This document shows positions 23,986-38,576 of a stretch of DNA of 38,620 bases, one piece after another; the stretch's first letter is position 1; the number at the start of each line of letters is the position of its first letter. Source of the stretch: Octopus bimaculoides (Eukaryota). The stretch covers positions 59,803,532 through 59,842,151 of the forward strand of contig NC_068993.1 in NCBI RefSeq assembly GCF_001194135.2, in the 5' to 3' direction. The notes under the pieces are model-generated. The model worked only from the letters and a program-made list of their open reading frames with translations, did no database searches and was not told the origin of the DNA. A program made the translations under genes and the position numbers.

Positions 23986-24542
23986 GATCTCTATGTTGTT
24001 GTATAAGGACTTGTTCCCCATTCTGAAACGTACCATAAGCAATGAGAATAGTATAATCTATTAATGTATATAATATACCATTGACAGTTTTACATCGTCT
24101 GCAATATACTTTCAATGCGAAGTTCCATACACCATTATTATTAAACACTGATATTTTGCCCTCTGGTGGTCTTCATCCCTTCTCATGAGATTTTTTTAAA
24201 GAAACCTATGCGTATTTTTTTTTGTTTAGAACCTGTGATGTTAATAACTCAAGGGAATTCATATTCGTTTTACCTGGGTTTGAACACCGAATGTATGTTT
24301 ACATTATCTTTTATAAAAGAAAACAAAATGTAATTACTAAAACAGCTCCGTTGGCATACAGAGAGCAAAAGCAGGAACGTCTGAGATGCGAAACCGTGAC
24401 CTGTCATTGTCAACGACTCTGTAACGACTACAACACAACATAAGTAACTACATTCATATTCCGCTAAATACATACAAGTCGCATATGTATGTTGTATGTT
24501 TAGAATAAATAAAATGTTAGCTTTAACATCCGTACGTGTTTG

Positions 24543-24604
<62 letters not shown>

Positions 24605-24881
24605 TGNNNNNNNNNNACACACACACACACACACATGCATGCATGCTTAGAATTACTCACACGGACATGCATGCATGCTTAAATGCATACATATGCACAT
24701 GTATATATATATACACACATATATAGTTGCATACAAGAATACATAAGCACTAATGTGTTTGTGTGTGCGTGTTTGCATGTCTATGTATGGACAGAACTTG
24801 CTTCAGTGTTAATAAAGAATGTGAAATCAATTGTATGTGTATGAATGTATGTATACATATATATATGTGTGTGTATGTGTG

Positions 24882-24885
<4 letters not shown>

Positions 24886-24966
<81 letters not shown>
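24886..24966. repeat. (TA)n microsatellite
   Basis: Seen directly. Confidence 0.95.
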
Positions 24967-24970
<4 letters not shown>

Positions 24971-26225
24971 ATATATGGATGAAGATATATGTGTGTTTGG
25001 TCCCGAGTGCGTATGTAACTGTATATAATGTACGTGTGTTTGTGTGAATGTGTGTGTCTGTATTTAGATGTGCGTGTTGGCGTATATTAATCTTTATTTC
25101 TGCAAACAGCTTCCTACTGCTTGTTCCAACACAAAACATTTTTTAATACAATAACACTTATTTGTCGACATGAAATTGAAAAAAAAAACAAAACAAAAAT
25201 GTTTATGCATACAAACAATCACACACATATATATGTATGTATACTCATCTATACATGTGTGTGCATGTATGTATTTATTTGCACATATATGAGTGTGTGT
25301 GTGTGTGTGTGTTTGCGTGTGTGTGTATCAGTGTCTGTAGATACAAATGCATGGCTGTATATTGTATATCAATATATGTGAGTGAATAAAAACTAATACT
25401 ACAAATAAGATAATTATTAAGGAGAGAAAGAAAAATGCGAGGAAATAAAATGAAAACCAGCTTAAAAGATAAATAAAGAAAAAAAGTAGAAGCAAATGTA
25501 ATAACATTCAACCTGAACGATAAGAAGAGCAACACGAACAAAATGGACGACGCGAAAAATGTAAGAAAGAAAGAAAGAAAGAGCTAAATATAAAAAACGA
25601 TAAACTCTCCTGCAACAATCTTATATAAAGGTAAAAAGAAATGGTAGAGCAAAAAACATATATCAAAACATGAGAAGTGCTGGGGTGGAAATAAAAGTGT
25701 AACAGTAATGATGATAATACAAACAATGAAGATGATGAAGAGAGAGGAGAAGGAGGAGAAAGATGGTGGTGGTGGTGGTGGTGGTGGGAAGTAAAGAAGA
25801 AATTACATCAGAAAATGAATAAATAATGTTTTATGTTTTTCTGTTTTGTAATATAATGAAGTAAACTAGCCTCGGATTTTTATATTAAGGGAAAATAAAG
25901 GATTTCTTTTTTTGGACTCGACAGAAAGTTCCGATATTTTAAGGAATAAATCGGTAGAGCTTGAGTTATGATGTTGAAACATCTACATAGAATTGTCTGC
26001 ATAATGTAATTAAAAGTAAAGTAAAATGTCTTCGAATGCGGATTGAAACCACTTGTCTTACAGAGATTGCCAATAATAAACTGAAGTTTATCACCTTCGA
26101 TACAAGACCAAATATCGATTTTGTTTTTTACGAAGGCCTCTAATCTAGGAGACGCGTATACCCGACTCTATCTATCCATACTGACTGGTATTTTGCTATC
26201 AGAAGGCTAAATGGAGACGGGTACA

Positions 26226-27102
26226 CAGGGTGTTCTGGCTAAATTTGAAGATATTTTTCCCCCTTTTGTTTTCAAGAACAACTTGATGCATTGGTGAATA
26301 GTCAACGGCGTTGGAGAGTATAAAGATTAAAGTTGTAGTTGAGGAAAGTTTAGCTGACATAGAGGACTGGAAGCCATCGGAATACTGGAAAAGACTTACT
26401 GTATCATGATAATGCACACCAAATTTCAAAATGGCGACATTATGATTGCTGCTCTGTCCTCTGCGAACGCATTTAAGACTGTTCGATGGGACATGGATAT
26501 CAAGAAAAACTAAGTTCCCCAAACTGTGATGGCCTTTGGGTATGTCTCCAATAAGTGTGACGTCATGCCGTCTCACATCCTTCAACAGGGCCGTAGGTTC
26601 AAATCAGATGGCTATGTGAAGCTGCTGGAAACGGTGTTTAAACCCTGCATGGAGCGGATTGCTACTGGAAAGCCATATGCGTCGCAGCAGGATTCGGCTT
26701 CTTGCTGTATCTACCGAAAGAGTCAGAAGTGGTTGTCGGAGAATTTCTACAACTTCATCAGCTCCAATTTATGGCCTCGTAATTCTTCCGATTATAATTC
26801 CATGAATTACTATGTGTGGAGCGCGCTTGAAAAAGCCATCAACCGCGCTGGCTACAACACCGAAGCCGAGCCGGTGGCCATGATCAAGGAGGTGTTCAAA
26901 AGTTTTCTCAGGGGCACAGTAAGGAAAGCATGCACAAGGTTTCGGAGCCATCTTGAAGCCGTTGGTGAGCTAAAGGCAGTTACTTTGAAAGACCTGTTAT
27001 CGCCCAACCACATTTTTATTTTATAAAAATCTTTTTAATTTTTAGGTGGGATATTTTGTTCTTTTTCTTCTTTGTAAACTCTCAAATTTAGCCCGAACAC
27101 CC
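26226..27102 (+). mobile_element. Internally deleted Tc1/mariner-superfamily transposon, maT (DD37D, Bmmar1-like)
   Basis: TIRs gggtgttctggctaaatttga (26228-26248) and tcaaatttagcccgaacaccc (27082-27102) match at 20/21. They enclose a transposase C-terminal remnant. Confidence 0.9.
26526..27026 (+). pseudogene. DD37D transposase C-terminal half
   Basis: QQDSAS...WPRNSSDYNSMNYYVW...KACTRFRSHLEAV corresponds to QQDxAP...WPPNSPDLNPLDYxVW...ACxRFRxRLEAV. There are 37 residues between the second catalytic D and the third position, which is now N. Confidence 0.88.
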
Positions 27103-28126
27103 AAAATTTATGCTACTGCTTGTATTTCTACATAAATATGAGTGTAGAAACTGTATGTTCTCTCATACAGTCTCATGCATATTATAACTCATATCTCGCA
27201 ACCTCTTGGCAGCTGCAGCACTTCCACGATACAAAAAACAAATGCTTAAAATCTTCGCATTTAAGGTTGAGTACATACAAGAGAGAACGTTCGGCGGCCA
27301 CATTTGGTAACTCCAAAAGTACAAATATACTACTATGGCAGTGTACTTCTATCAAAAATGCAAATGCCGACCATCGCTTGCATAAATAGGTATTCCACAA
27401 CAACTTGATGAAATACCTGAAATCTAAATTCATATGCATATTTGAGACAAAAGGTTACGGGCTGATACATGCAGTGGATCTTGTTTATAGCTCATAACAG
27501 TCTATAAACAGGAATTAAGTTTACGTCTGATGTTCTCTCATCAACAGACGATCGTGGAAGCCATTTTGTAGATTTTGCAGCAGCTTATTTCTTAATGACG
27601 TCTAAGATTCCACCTGTTCAATGTGAGGGTAGAAGGACCATATCGTGTTTGGAAAGCACACAATGTTATATGTTGAAAGTCCTGGTGTTTTCTACACTTC
27701 TACTCTACGCTAGCGTTAATCGATGTGTACATAAACCTCTGGTCCTCAATCAGGCTCCCTATGACGCTCGTAGTTTCCATATAAGATTTTGTTGGTAAAT
27801 TTTATATTTCTACAATAGGCAAAATATCCTAACAAATTTTTATACAATTCCTTGCGGGTGTGAACGGAGTAAAATGTGAAACAAAACGGTCCATCGGAAA
27901 AGAATGGTTGAGAAATACCGCCATACACAAATACTGCCTTATTGCCATACATATACACTAAATTTAGTGTGTTGGACTGATATTGATTTACTGGGGTCGG
28001 CGCTGGTTGACAAATTGCGCCTGCCGCGTTTACAAGTGATGAATGTAAGTTTGACGAATGGAATCCGGGTGGACGCTGGTGGTGGGTCTAGTCTGTTGGT
28101 GCATTAGTAATATTTTATTGTATTGT

Positions 28127-28260
28127 ATTCCGTCGAGGTCGACTTTGCCTTTCATCCTTTCGGGGGTCGATAGATTAAGTACCAGTTGCATACTGGGGTC
28201 GATCTAATCGACTGGCCCCTTTCCCCCAAAATTCCGGGCCTTGTGCCTAGAGTAGAAAAG
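28127..28260 (+). mobile_element. SINE family A, 5'-truncated (tail type 2), 18-bp TSD
   Basis: TSD aatattttattgtattgt at 28109-28126 and 28261-28278; the element starts inside the B box (attccgtcgaggtcgac). Confidence 0.93.
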
Positions 28261-28705
28261 AATATTTTATTGTATTGTTACGTGTTGTTGTTAGGATTCA
28301 GCTTTGGAATTGTGGGATAGCTAGTTTACTGGATGCTTTGAAGTATAGATGAATACAAGGGTTGTAAAATGCAGAAAAGCTGAGAATGCCGGGTTCAAAT
28401 CGTGCTTCGTTTGGGACGGTGATGTTTTTCCTATTTCGAGTTTGAAGTGTGACGTGTTTGGACAAAGAGAAAACGTTTCTTCTCTTTTGTTAAGAATTTT
28501 TCCCTCGGCCAGTTGACCAGGTGAGTCATTTCAAGTTTGTGTGATGCAAACTTTGCATCTGCCACCTCATCCATTATTTTTACTTCTCATGGCAATAATA
28601 CTCCTACTTATAAGAGTGCTCATAACTTCGCAGTCCTTCAGGCTGCACGCTATTCAGATAGTGATATCACCCTGGTCAAGTAATAAAGAAACCATTATAT
28701 GTATA

Positions 28706-28711
<6 letters not shown>

Positions 28712-28774
<63 letters not shown>

Positions 28775-28990
28775 NNNNNNNNNNNNNNNNNNNNNNNNNN
28801 NNNNNNNNNNNNNNNNNNNNNNNNNNNNNNNNNNNNNNNNNNNNNNNNNNNNNNNNNNNNNNNNNNNNNNNNNNNNNNNNNNNNNNNNNNNNNNNNNNNN
28901 NNNNNNNNNNNNNNNNNNNNNNNNNNNNNNNNNNNNNNNNNNNNNNNNNNNNNNNNNNNNNNNNNNNNNNNNNNNNNNNNNNNNNNNNNN

Positions 28991-29052
<62 letters not shown>

Positions 29053-29055
29053 GTG

Positions 29056-29098
<43 letters not shown>
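28712..29098. repeat. (TA)n [gap] (TA)n(TG)n microsatellite
   Basis: Seen directly. Confidence 0.93.
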
Positions 29099-29101
<3 letters not shown>

Positions 29102-29974
29102 GATGCATACAGACAGACAATCAGACAAACAGACAGAGTGATAGATAGATAGATAACTGTTTAGACACACACACACAAACATTCCAATATATTTATTCCT
29201 ACAGCTAGTTAGCCTTTTATCTAGTAAGATATTTCTCTCACATGTTCTGTTTTTTTTTTTGTTTCTTTTCTTTTTTTGCCCCTTTCCTATCCTTCTAACT
29301 ACAAACCCACTTCTCTATCTGCATATCTTTATTTTTATATAATTATTTTTCCTTTATTTTTTATGTGCTTTTTTTTTTGTTTTATCTATAAACGGACTCT
29401 TTTCAACTCCGATATCATCAAATTCACATTAATCACCGAGTCATCACAGACGAATAGGAAAGGAGCTCACAAGAGCAGTCCGGCAGGAGACTTTGGTGAA
29501 AGTTTTTGGTGAAGAAATACGAAGAATAGGAGCAAAAGAAATAACGAAGGAAATAAAAATGTAGCAATCAAAGAAAGGAAGAAAGGAAGAATTGAAGAAT
29601 GGAGAAAACGAGTAGAATGTTATTTACAGAAATACAAGGAAGATTACCAACGAAAATGGTCCATGTGTGTGCGTGCGCGCGTGTGTGTATATGCATATCT
29701 ATCTATCTATATATATATATGGGGGAGTGTGTGTATGTACCTATGCATGTGGCGCGGGGTGGCGGGAGGAGGAGCCGTGCACATTTGCCAGGTTTTGAAT
29801 CCAACGTTGTTGTTCAAGTAGTCCCTCGTATGAAGATTAATGATTATAGTTATTATTAATTCATGTTCATTCATGCAGATACACAAGAAAACACTTACGA
29901 AAACACACGCAAACAGACGAAACACGTCGTATGCACACACATGCACACGCTCACACTAATGTGTGCGTGCTTAT

Positions 29975-29978
29975 GTGT

Positions 29979-30052
<74 letters not shown>
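29975..30052. repeat. (TG)n microsatellite
   Basis: Seen directly. Confidence 0.95.
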
Positions 30053-30056
<4 letters not shown>

Positions 30057-30195
30057 ACGCGTATCCTAAATAGATTACAGATTAATGCACACCAAAAGGG
30101 ACAACGCAAGAAGGTGGTAAGAATATATAACAGATATCTATCTATCGTTTTCTTTCTCTCCCTACATACACACGCGCGCGCAAACACACACACAT

Positions 30196-30233
<38 letters not shown>

Positions 30234-30977
30234 ACACACATGCACAAACACATACGCACACACACGCACCTATATATTCAATCTGACATAAATACACACT
30301 TATATACAGACACACAGACATATTTAGACATGCATACTTCGATAATGCATGCCTATGTGTGTCTGAACGCTATAATGTGTTTGTATTTGCGTATGTGTAT
30401 GTGTGTGTATATGTGTGTCTGTAAACGCATACAACGGGAAACAGACAATTGGATGAACACATGCATACATTCCCGTATGAATTGATTGAGATAGAAGCAT
30501 TTTCTAAATCTTTATTTAAAGGCAAAACAAGTGGAGCCAATGACGTGTGTTTAAGGACCTTTGGTAATGTCTGGTTTCGTGACCCAGAGAGGATAGCAAA
30601 TGAATCCACCGTTGACTGGCCTGTGTGTCTATCCAGGATTTCATTTCATCATCGTCTTTATTTCTGTTATTCTTTTGCAGATGAACTAAATATGAATGCA
30701 GTTTTAATTGACTCTACCGCTGTCAGTTGATTTTCGTTTTCTATTTTAAGACAGAGCAAATAAACTGTTCTTCCTGCATTTGTTCTGTGTCCGAGCAATA
30801 ATGATTACTAGAGTTTTGTTGTACAGAAGGTGTTGCATTTTGCATGGGTTTGGCTATCCGCTTCGTTCGATCACGTGGCCGATTTAATCAACAGCGACGA
30901 ATCTGTTCCTCCAACAAGATGAAAACATTACGAAACATTATTTATCGTATATATCATTACACTCTAATATTTACCGT

Positions 30978-31038
30978 TTCTTCTTCTTCTTCTTCTTCTT
31001 CTTCTTCTTCTTCTTCTTCTTCTTCTTCTTCTTCTTCA
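30978..31038. repeat. (TTC)n microsatellite
   Basis: Seen directly. Confidence 0.95.
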
Positions 31039-31310
31039 TTTTAGCTCGCATATTGTAATCAGTAATTTTTTTTATTTATCTATACATTTAAAATAATATT
31101 CAGGATATTTTAAAGCATGTAAGTGATTTGGTTATTAATTCTAGCGACATTTAGCAGCATTAATTCATTCTGAAGATGATACCGTGATTATCTACAAACA
31201 TAGAAGTTGTATTTAGGAATTCGTTCTTACAGGAAAAATTTTAAGAACTCAGCAAAAAATAAATGTTAAAGGTGTTTTCTCTACATGTCTAAAAAGTTTT
31301 CCGCTTATCC

Positions 31311-31311
<1 letters not shown>

Positions 31312-31357
<46 letters not shown>

Positions 31358-31410
31358 CCTATCTACCTACCTACCTACCTATCTATCTATCTATCTATCT
31401 ATCTATCTGT
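31312..31410. repeat. (TCTA)n/(CCTA)n tetranucleotide repeat
   Basis: Seen directly. Confidence 0.95.
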
Positions 31411-31422
31411 CTATTTATCTAT

Positions 31423-31688
31423 CTGAAATAAGCCGTCGTATATATATGTTTGTGTATGTGTGTGTGTGTGTGTGTACGTGTGTGTGTGTGTGTTCGTCCC
31501 CGCACCATCGCTTGACGACCGATGTTGGTGTGTTTACGTCCCCGTAACTGAGCAGTTCGGTAAAAGAGCCCGATAGAATAAGTACTAGGCTTACACAGAA
31601 TAAATGCTGGGCTCCATTTGTTCGACTTAAGGCGGTGCTGAAGCATGGCCGCACTCAAATGACTGAAACAAGTAAAAGAATAAAAGAA
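31423..31688 (+). mobile_element. SINE family B, 3' half, well preserved
   Basis: agccgtcgta-(GT)n-catcgcttgacgaccgatgttggtgtgtttacgtccccgtaac...gactgaaacaagtaaaagaa. Confidence 0.9.
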
Positions 31689-32448
31689 CATCCCCCCCCA
31701 CACACACACAAACATCTATACATATATAAATGTAATGTAACGTATATGTATGTAAATAGAAATGTACGTAATATATATGTATATATGTATAAATGTTTAT
31801 ATATATACTTATATACATCCATGCATACACATATTTATATGTGTGTGTGTGAGTGTATGTACTTGTGTGTGTGTGTGTGCGTAGTGCCTTTGTATGCACG
31901 GTGTTTTTCTGTGTGTTCGTTAGTAATATGGCATAGAATTCCCTCTCAAAGGCAACTGTTCATTACGTTATTAATACGCACAATAAACTGTGGAGTATTT
32001 AGCGCTATATACCTACCAACCATTCATACACACATAAACCCGACAACACTCAGATAATGGATGCCCATCGTGGGAACTAACAGTATCTGTAACCAATATG
32101 GCATTTCATGCTAATAGCTAATCAGCCTACAACGTTGATTTATTTTTTCTTCTATATAATATTTTAGATTGCTTGTCTGTGTTTTTTGGTTTGTTCACCC
32201 TGAAGACCGACACTTTGTGGTCACTAATATTCTGTTTGTTTATCGAAATTATTTTTGCTGGCTTCGTTTTTGCGTTTGTTTGTTCGTTGTGTATTCTACG
32301 TGGGAAGATAATGATGATTAAAATGAAGCCATTGCAGCGGTGATAATTACGAAGGTATAACTACGTAAAGTGGCTAACACTTTCACAACAGCAACTACAA
32401 CAACAAAGACAGCAGCACTAACAACAAGAACGACGACGACGACAATTT

Positions 32449-32520
32449 TACTACTACTACTACTACTACTACTAGTAGTAGTAGTAGTATTGCAACTTAT
32501 GCTCATCATCATCATCATCA

Positions 32521-32605
<85 letters not shown>
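32449..32605. repeat. Compound (TAC)n(GTA)n..(CAT)n(TAT)n microsatellite
   Basis: Seen directly. Confidence 0.95.
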
Positions 32606-32607
<2 letters not shown>

Positions 32608-32769
32608 CTGTGTTTGTTTGATATTACGATTGGAAAAAAATCAACGCTCTTTGTAAAACATTTTGGACTTGCACGCCTTGGGCAAATTTCGTTCCCGCAC
32701 TTACGCATATCTTCATAAAACTTGTAATACTTTAGGGCTATAGACTCGTAAACATTGAATAAAGATCCG

Positions 32770-34032
32770 ACAGAAAACATCCTGTTTCCAGAAAGGCAAA
32801 GGAGGGACTACTAAGGGTCGTATACGTCTAACGATCAACAATGATCAACGAATCTGTAAGCAGAAGCTGCCGAAGGAAGACGAAGGACCTGAGCCGGGCA
32901 GAGATTGATTAACTGCTGGGAGGTGTTTGGTAGCATTCACCACACATAAACCTTGGAAACACTAGTCACGAATAGAGTAGAACCACTAATAAGAAAATAC
33001 AAGAAAATATGACATGAATAAATGGCAAAGAATTTTGCAAGAAAAGAAAAAAAAAAGGGAGATGGTAAAACCTAACCTGACCCTCATTAGAAGAATATTC
33101 CAGACGGACTTCTTTCTACATATTTTGTTTGCTTTTGATTGACATGCTAAACAGAAGAGGATATGGATAATGTTGCTATGGCAAGGCTATTTAACATCTT
33201 TTGTCCATAGAAGATTTCCAGCTGTATGCAGCAAATGATAAACTGTTCGAAACATTACTATAGTCAGTACGCAGATTTACCAAATAAATAAATCTGTGAT
33301 TCGGCTTAGGAAAATGCATCAAAACCAGAAGAGAAAAAAACTTAAAAATATTAATATCATTAAGAGAAATGAGATGAAAAAATTTAGACCAAAACCGGAC
33401 ATACAAATATTTAAGAATCAATAACAGGGAAAATATACGAATGAAAGAAAAGCTTAGGAGTGATAATAATAGATTCACCAGATTAACATAGAGCTAAACT
33501 GCAAAGTAAATTAATAATAAGGTTATAAGAATGAATCCATTATTTGTCCTTGTAATACGTCACAGTTTTCTTATCCTCGACTGGACACAAGACGAACAAG
33601 CAAGACTAGACAGGAGAAAAAAAAAAATTAGAACGAACTATACGAAATCTGACATTGAAAGACAATATTTACTTACCATTAATACAAGGCGGTAGGAATT
33701 TTTCACAACTAGGAATTTATTGCAAAATATCCACTGTAGGATAACAAAAATATCAAACACAGAATGATAGAAAATTAATATGAATAGCTACAAAGCATGA
33801 ACAAAATGAAGTATTTTCTGTGGTCAATAAAGTGAAAATATAAAAAAAACATGGCTACAATAAGAAGATGAAGAAACAAGTACAGCAATCGTAAAGTAGC
33901 TTACATTGAAACTAAAATTGGTGTCACAGAATGCTGTGATGGCAAGAGAAGCCTCTACATGATCAATGCTGACAAAAGCTAAACAAAGTGTGAATAGTCA
34001 AAGAGAAATCCTAAAACTGGTTGAGAAGTGCC
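32770..34032 (+). mobile_element. Degraded R4/Dong-like non-LTR retrotransposon, RT domain and downstream region
   Basis: Collinear frameshifted motifs: SCRRKTKDLSRAEID/FGSIHH, IRRIFQ, NRRGYG, HLLSIEDFQLYAANDK (for YMDDLKLYA), FGLGKC, TYKYL, KSDIER..QGGR, WQEKPLH, NWLRSA. Confidence 0.85.
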
Positions 34033-34287
34033 GAACCGCAATGTTACGGTGACGTAACCACACCAACTCCAGTTATCAAGCGGTAGTGGAGACAAACACA
34101 AATATAAAGCCACACACACACATATATACGATGGGCTTCTTTTCAGTTTCCGTCTACCAAATCCACTCACAAGGCTTTGGTCGGTCCGAGGCTATAGTAG
34201 AAGACACTTGGCCATGGTGCCGCGCAGTGGGACTGAACTCGGAACGATGTGGTTGGGAAGCAAGCTTCTTTCCACACAGCCACGCCT
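34030..34287 (-). mobile_element. SINE family B, intact head, 3'-truncated against the R4 fragment
   Basis: Minus-strand head ggcgtggctgtgtggaaagaagcttgcttcccaaccacatcgttccgagttcagtcccactgcgcggc. Confidence 0.9.
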
Positions 34288-34597
34288 ATGAGTGCGTGTT
34301 TGTGCGCCTCTTTGTGAGTGTGTTAGTGTGTCCCCCATTGTGTGCGTGTATGTGTCATAAGCAACAGTCATACGTTTGCTATTTGTTATGTAATCAATAC
34401 AGTCGACTGTTGCGTTGAATTTCAATATATTTAGCTGAAAGTTTCAACGGCTACCATCTTAGTTAATCTTTCTGTAATTGATTCAGCCAGGTGAAAGTAA
34501 GTTATGAAAGTAAATGAGGCAAACACACAGCCAGCCACAACAATACCTGGCCAGACTAATTATAACATTAACTAATCTAACAATAATTGTAATTGTT

Positions 34598-34640
<43 letters not shown>

Positions 34641-34729
34641 CTTACTCCGTTTCTCTCTCTCTCTTTCTCTATCTCTCTTTTTCTCTTTATGTCTACTTCT
34701 CTGTCTTTCATGTTTTGTCAAGAGAATTA

Positions 34730-36500
<1,771 letters not shown>

Positions 36501-36599
36501 AGCAGCAACAAAAGAGTGGAAACATCATTCGCGAGAATAATCAGTTTGCGACAGCATTCACAAGTTTGGAGAATGCCAATTATAGGTGAGAGTGAGAGA

Positions 36600-36655
<56 letters not shown>

Positions 36656-36708
36656 NNNNNNNNNNTGTTATTTTGTTCTTTTCGCTGCTTTTCGCTGCTT
36701 TTTCGCAG

Positions 36709-36762
36709 GAAGTCGAAAATTATATAAACGCTGTCAAGCGATTGGGGTGTCGTCGCTGCTAA
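36709..36762 (+). CDS. Candidate terminal coding exon, EVENYINAVKRLGCRRC* (unknown gene)
   Basis: Long pyrimidine tract ttttgttcttttcgctgcttttcgctgctttttcgcAG ending 36708. Phase-0 frame gives 17 aa then TAA. A promoter or UTR reading is also possible. Confidence 0.25.
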   Translation, partial: EVENYINAVKRLGCRRC

Positions 36763-37071
36763 AGTTACAATTATAAGGAGCTTTCCGACACTCACGGACG
36801 GAAATTCGCATCGAAGAAAGAAATTTAGAAAAGAAAAGACAAAGACAGTGGCAGATAGTGTGTATATCAATTAAGAAAAACAGACAATTCGCCATTACCT
36901 CACCTGCAACCTTCGTACGTCTTGTTCATTCGATCGCTGGTTGGTTCGTTCTTTCGATGGTATGGCAGGTAAATGGTTTGGTTGGTTGAATAGCCGACAC
37001 GTTGATTGGATGTCAGGCTGGTTGGTTGATAGATAGTATGGTTTGACAGTTGACCATAGCAATAATAATAA

Positions 37072-37252
37072 TAATCCTTTCTACTATAAGTACAAGGCCT
37101 GAAATTTTGTAGGGAGGAGACTAGACGATTACATTGACTCCCTGTGTTACCCTGATACTTGTTTTATCGACCCCGAAAGGATGAAAGGCAGAATCGACTT
37201 CGGCGGAATTTGAACTCAGAACGTAAAGACGGACGAAACGCCGCTAAGCATT
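37072..37252 (-). mobile_element. SINE family A (tail type 2)
   Basis: atcctttctactataagtacaaggcctgaaattt...ttatcgaccccgaaaggatgaaaggc...gaatttgaactcagaacgtaa...gctaagcattt. Confidence 0.88.
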
Positions 37253-37529
37253 TTTACAGGTCACGTGTGTCCTAAATATATTTAAACTGAACTAAAAGTT
37301 TCTTTAATTCACAACACTCCTTTTCCGTGCCCACGACAGAGCATTCGGTTATATTTAATATTCGGACATCGCTCATGTCTCACAGTTAAAGACATCGTTT
37401 TTGTCATAATTTTGTCTCCTTCTCTTCGTAGTGTGTCGAATATCTCCATAATTCTTCACCACACATCTACCCACTGACACCGCGCAGAAATATCTTCGTC
37501 ATCAATTCAATGAAAATTCTGTTGTATAA

Positions 37530-38092
37530 ATATCATATATTTTGGTGGTGGTGGTTGTGGTGTTGGTGGTGGTGTTGGTGTTGGTGGTGGTGTTGGTGGT
37601 GGGGCTTTGAAGCGGGAGATCGGAAGAGGAAAGTAAACNNNNNNNNNNNNNNNNNNNNNNNNNNNNNNNNNNNNNNNNNNNNNNNNNNNNNNNNNNNNNN
37701 NNNNNNNNNNNNNNNNNNNNNNNNNNNNNNNNNNNNNNNNNNNNNNNNNNNNNNNNNNNNNNNNNNNNNNNNNNNNNNNNNNNNNNNNNNNNNNNNNNNN
37801 NNNNNNNNNNNNNNNNNNCTGCTGCTGATGATGATGATGGTGGTGGTGGTTGTGGTGGTGGTGGTGGTGGTGGTGGTGGTGGTGATGATGATGATGATGA
37901 TAACGATGATGATGATGATGATGATGACAATGATGATGATGATGATGATGAGAATGATGATGATGATGATGTGGTGGTGGCGGTGGTGGTGGTTGTAGTA
38001 GTAGTGGTGGTAAGGATGAGGGTGGGGGGGGGAAGTGGAGGAAGAGGCTGGTGGATATGATAGTATCAACAACTCTAATAATAATAATGATG

Positions 38093-38143
<51 letters not shown>

Positions 38144-38282
38144 GTAATAATGACGACGACCACGACGATGACGGTGATAGTTGCGATGATGATTATAATG
38201 ATTGCGATAACAATAAGGATGATGAGATAATAGATAATGAAAATAACAATGAAGACGATGACGACGAAATACACACAAAAAA

Positions 38283-38337
<55 letters not shown>

Positions 38338-38345
38338 TAATAATA
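37530..38345. repeat. Trinucleotide microsatellite mosaic (GGT/GAT/AAT) around a gap
   Basis: Seen directly. Confidence 0.92.
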
Positions 38346-38572
38346 CTGGTGTGTGTGCTCACTACTTCCGTCCGAACCTTTTGTATGTCTTTTGTGTGGC
38401 ACTGACTGCCAAATTCCTGAACCACACTCCTAACTGCCTATTTCCTTAACTTCGCCAATACACACAATACAAAGTACCTCCTACTTTTCATTGCTTTTGT
38501 ATCCAGTCAGCTAAAGAAGCCATTGACATTTGTGTGTGTATGTTTGAGCGTGTGTTTGTATGCGCCTATACA

Positions 38573-38576
<4 letters not shown>

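Noticed and set aside
27182-27798. LELPNVAAERS (hAT dimerisation-like, minus) and TDDRGSHF (integrase-like, plus)
   Set aside because: Isolated short motifs on opposite strands without supporting flanking residues.
29718-29780. G-rich patch as a G-quadruplex or GC promoter
   Set aside because: Fewer than four closely spaced G3 runs, and it sits within simple repeats.
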